Of a stretch of DNA of 64,000 bases, positions 63,650-64,000 are shown one piece after another. The translations under genes and the position numbers were made by a program. Under the pieces are notes generated by a model. The model was not told the DNA's origin and made no database searches. It saw only the letters and a list, made by a program, of their open reading frames with translations. Location: NCBI GenBank assembly GCA_964016885.1, contig OZ024742.1, forward strand, positions 260,586,001 through 260,650,000, given 5' to 3'. Source of the stretch: Eledone cirrhosa. Its lineage: Eukaryota. The number at the start of each line of letters is the position of its first letter. Position 1 is the first letter of the stretch.

Positions 63650-64000
63650 GTGTATGTAGGAGAGGTGTAGGTAGAAACTCCATCCTCCGCCACATATGCA
63701 AACTATGGATACACAAGAGATGTAGTGGGATCTCAGGAAGTTTAGTTAAGAATGTAGGCTTTACATGTAGCAGTTGGACAAATGACATCAAAGTCTGGGA
63801 GGACTTGGTAAAAACAATACCGAATTAGCAGCGGAGGGGGTGTTCTGAAAGGATGGGATGGAAGAAGTTGAGGGAGCTACTGCCACAGCTGGATACAAAA
63901 GGCTTTTCCCTCAGAATAAAAGGTAGACTGTATGATGTGTGCACATGAACGGCAATGTTGCATGGTAGTGAGAGCTGGGTGCTGTGTGTAGAAGACTTGC
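63650..64000 (+). mobile_element. RTE family A fragment running off the window end
   Basis: CRRGVGRNSI..WIHKRCSG..MLHGSESW; begins in a TA/TG tract. Confidence 0.88.

Overview
AT-rich, repeat-dominated eukaryotic DNA, most likely octopus/cephalopod (inferred from the SINE types, RTE load and HTGEKP zinc-finger style). Host genes: the last two coding exons of a GPI-anchored contactin-like gene (+, 15235-16776), an intact single-exon CDS for APC/C subunit 13 (-, 25343-25570) and a decayed 8-finger C2H2 gene (-, ~47940-48772). Most of the rest is mobile DNA: many RTE-clade LINE copies with (GAT)n tails embedded in (TA)n/(CA)n tracts; a near full-length R4/Dong element; a compact LTR retrotransposon with paired LTRs and a 5-bp TSD; CRE, CR1, Penelope-like, mariner and Helitron remnants; and several tRNA-derived SINE families. 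The least expected signals are (i) scattered minimal hammerhead-ribozyme motifs in Penelope-like termini, two with long stem-II inserts and one with U3-A8 covariation, some in fold-back palindromes, (ii) a ~1.3 kb satellite inside an RTE 3' UTR, (iii) an RTE ORF2 ending in three C2H2-like fingers, and (iv) a SINE whose tail joins parts of two LINE 3' ends. All family assignments are by eye from motifs; no searches were run and element boundaries are approximate.
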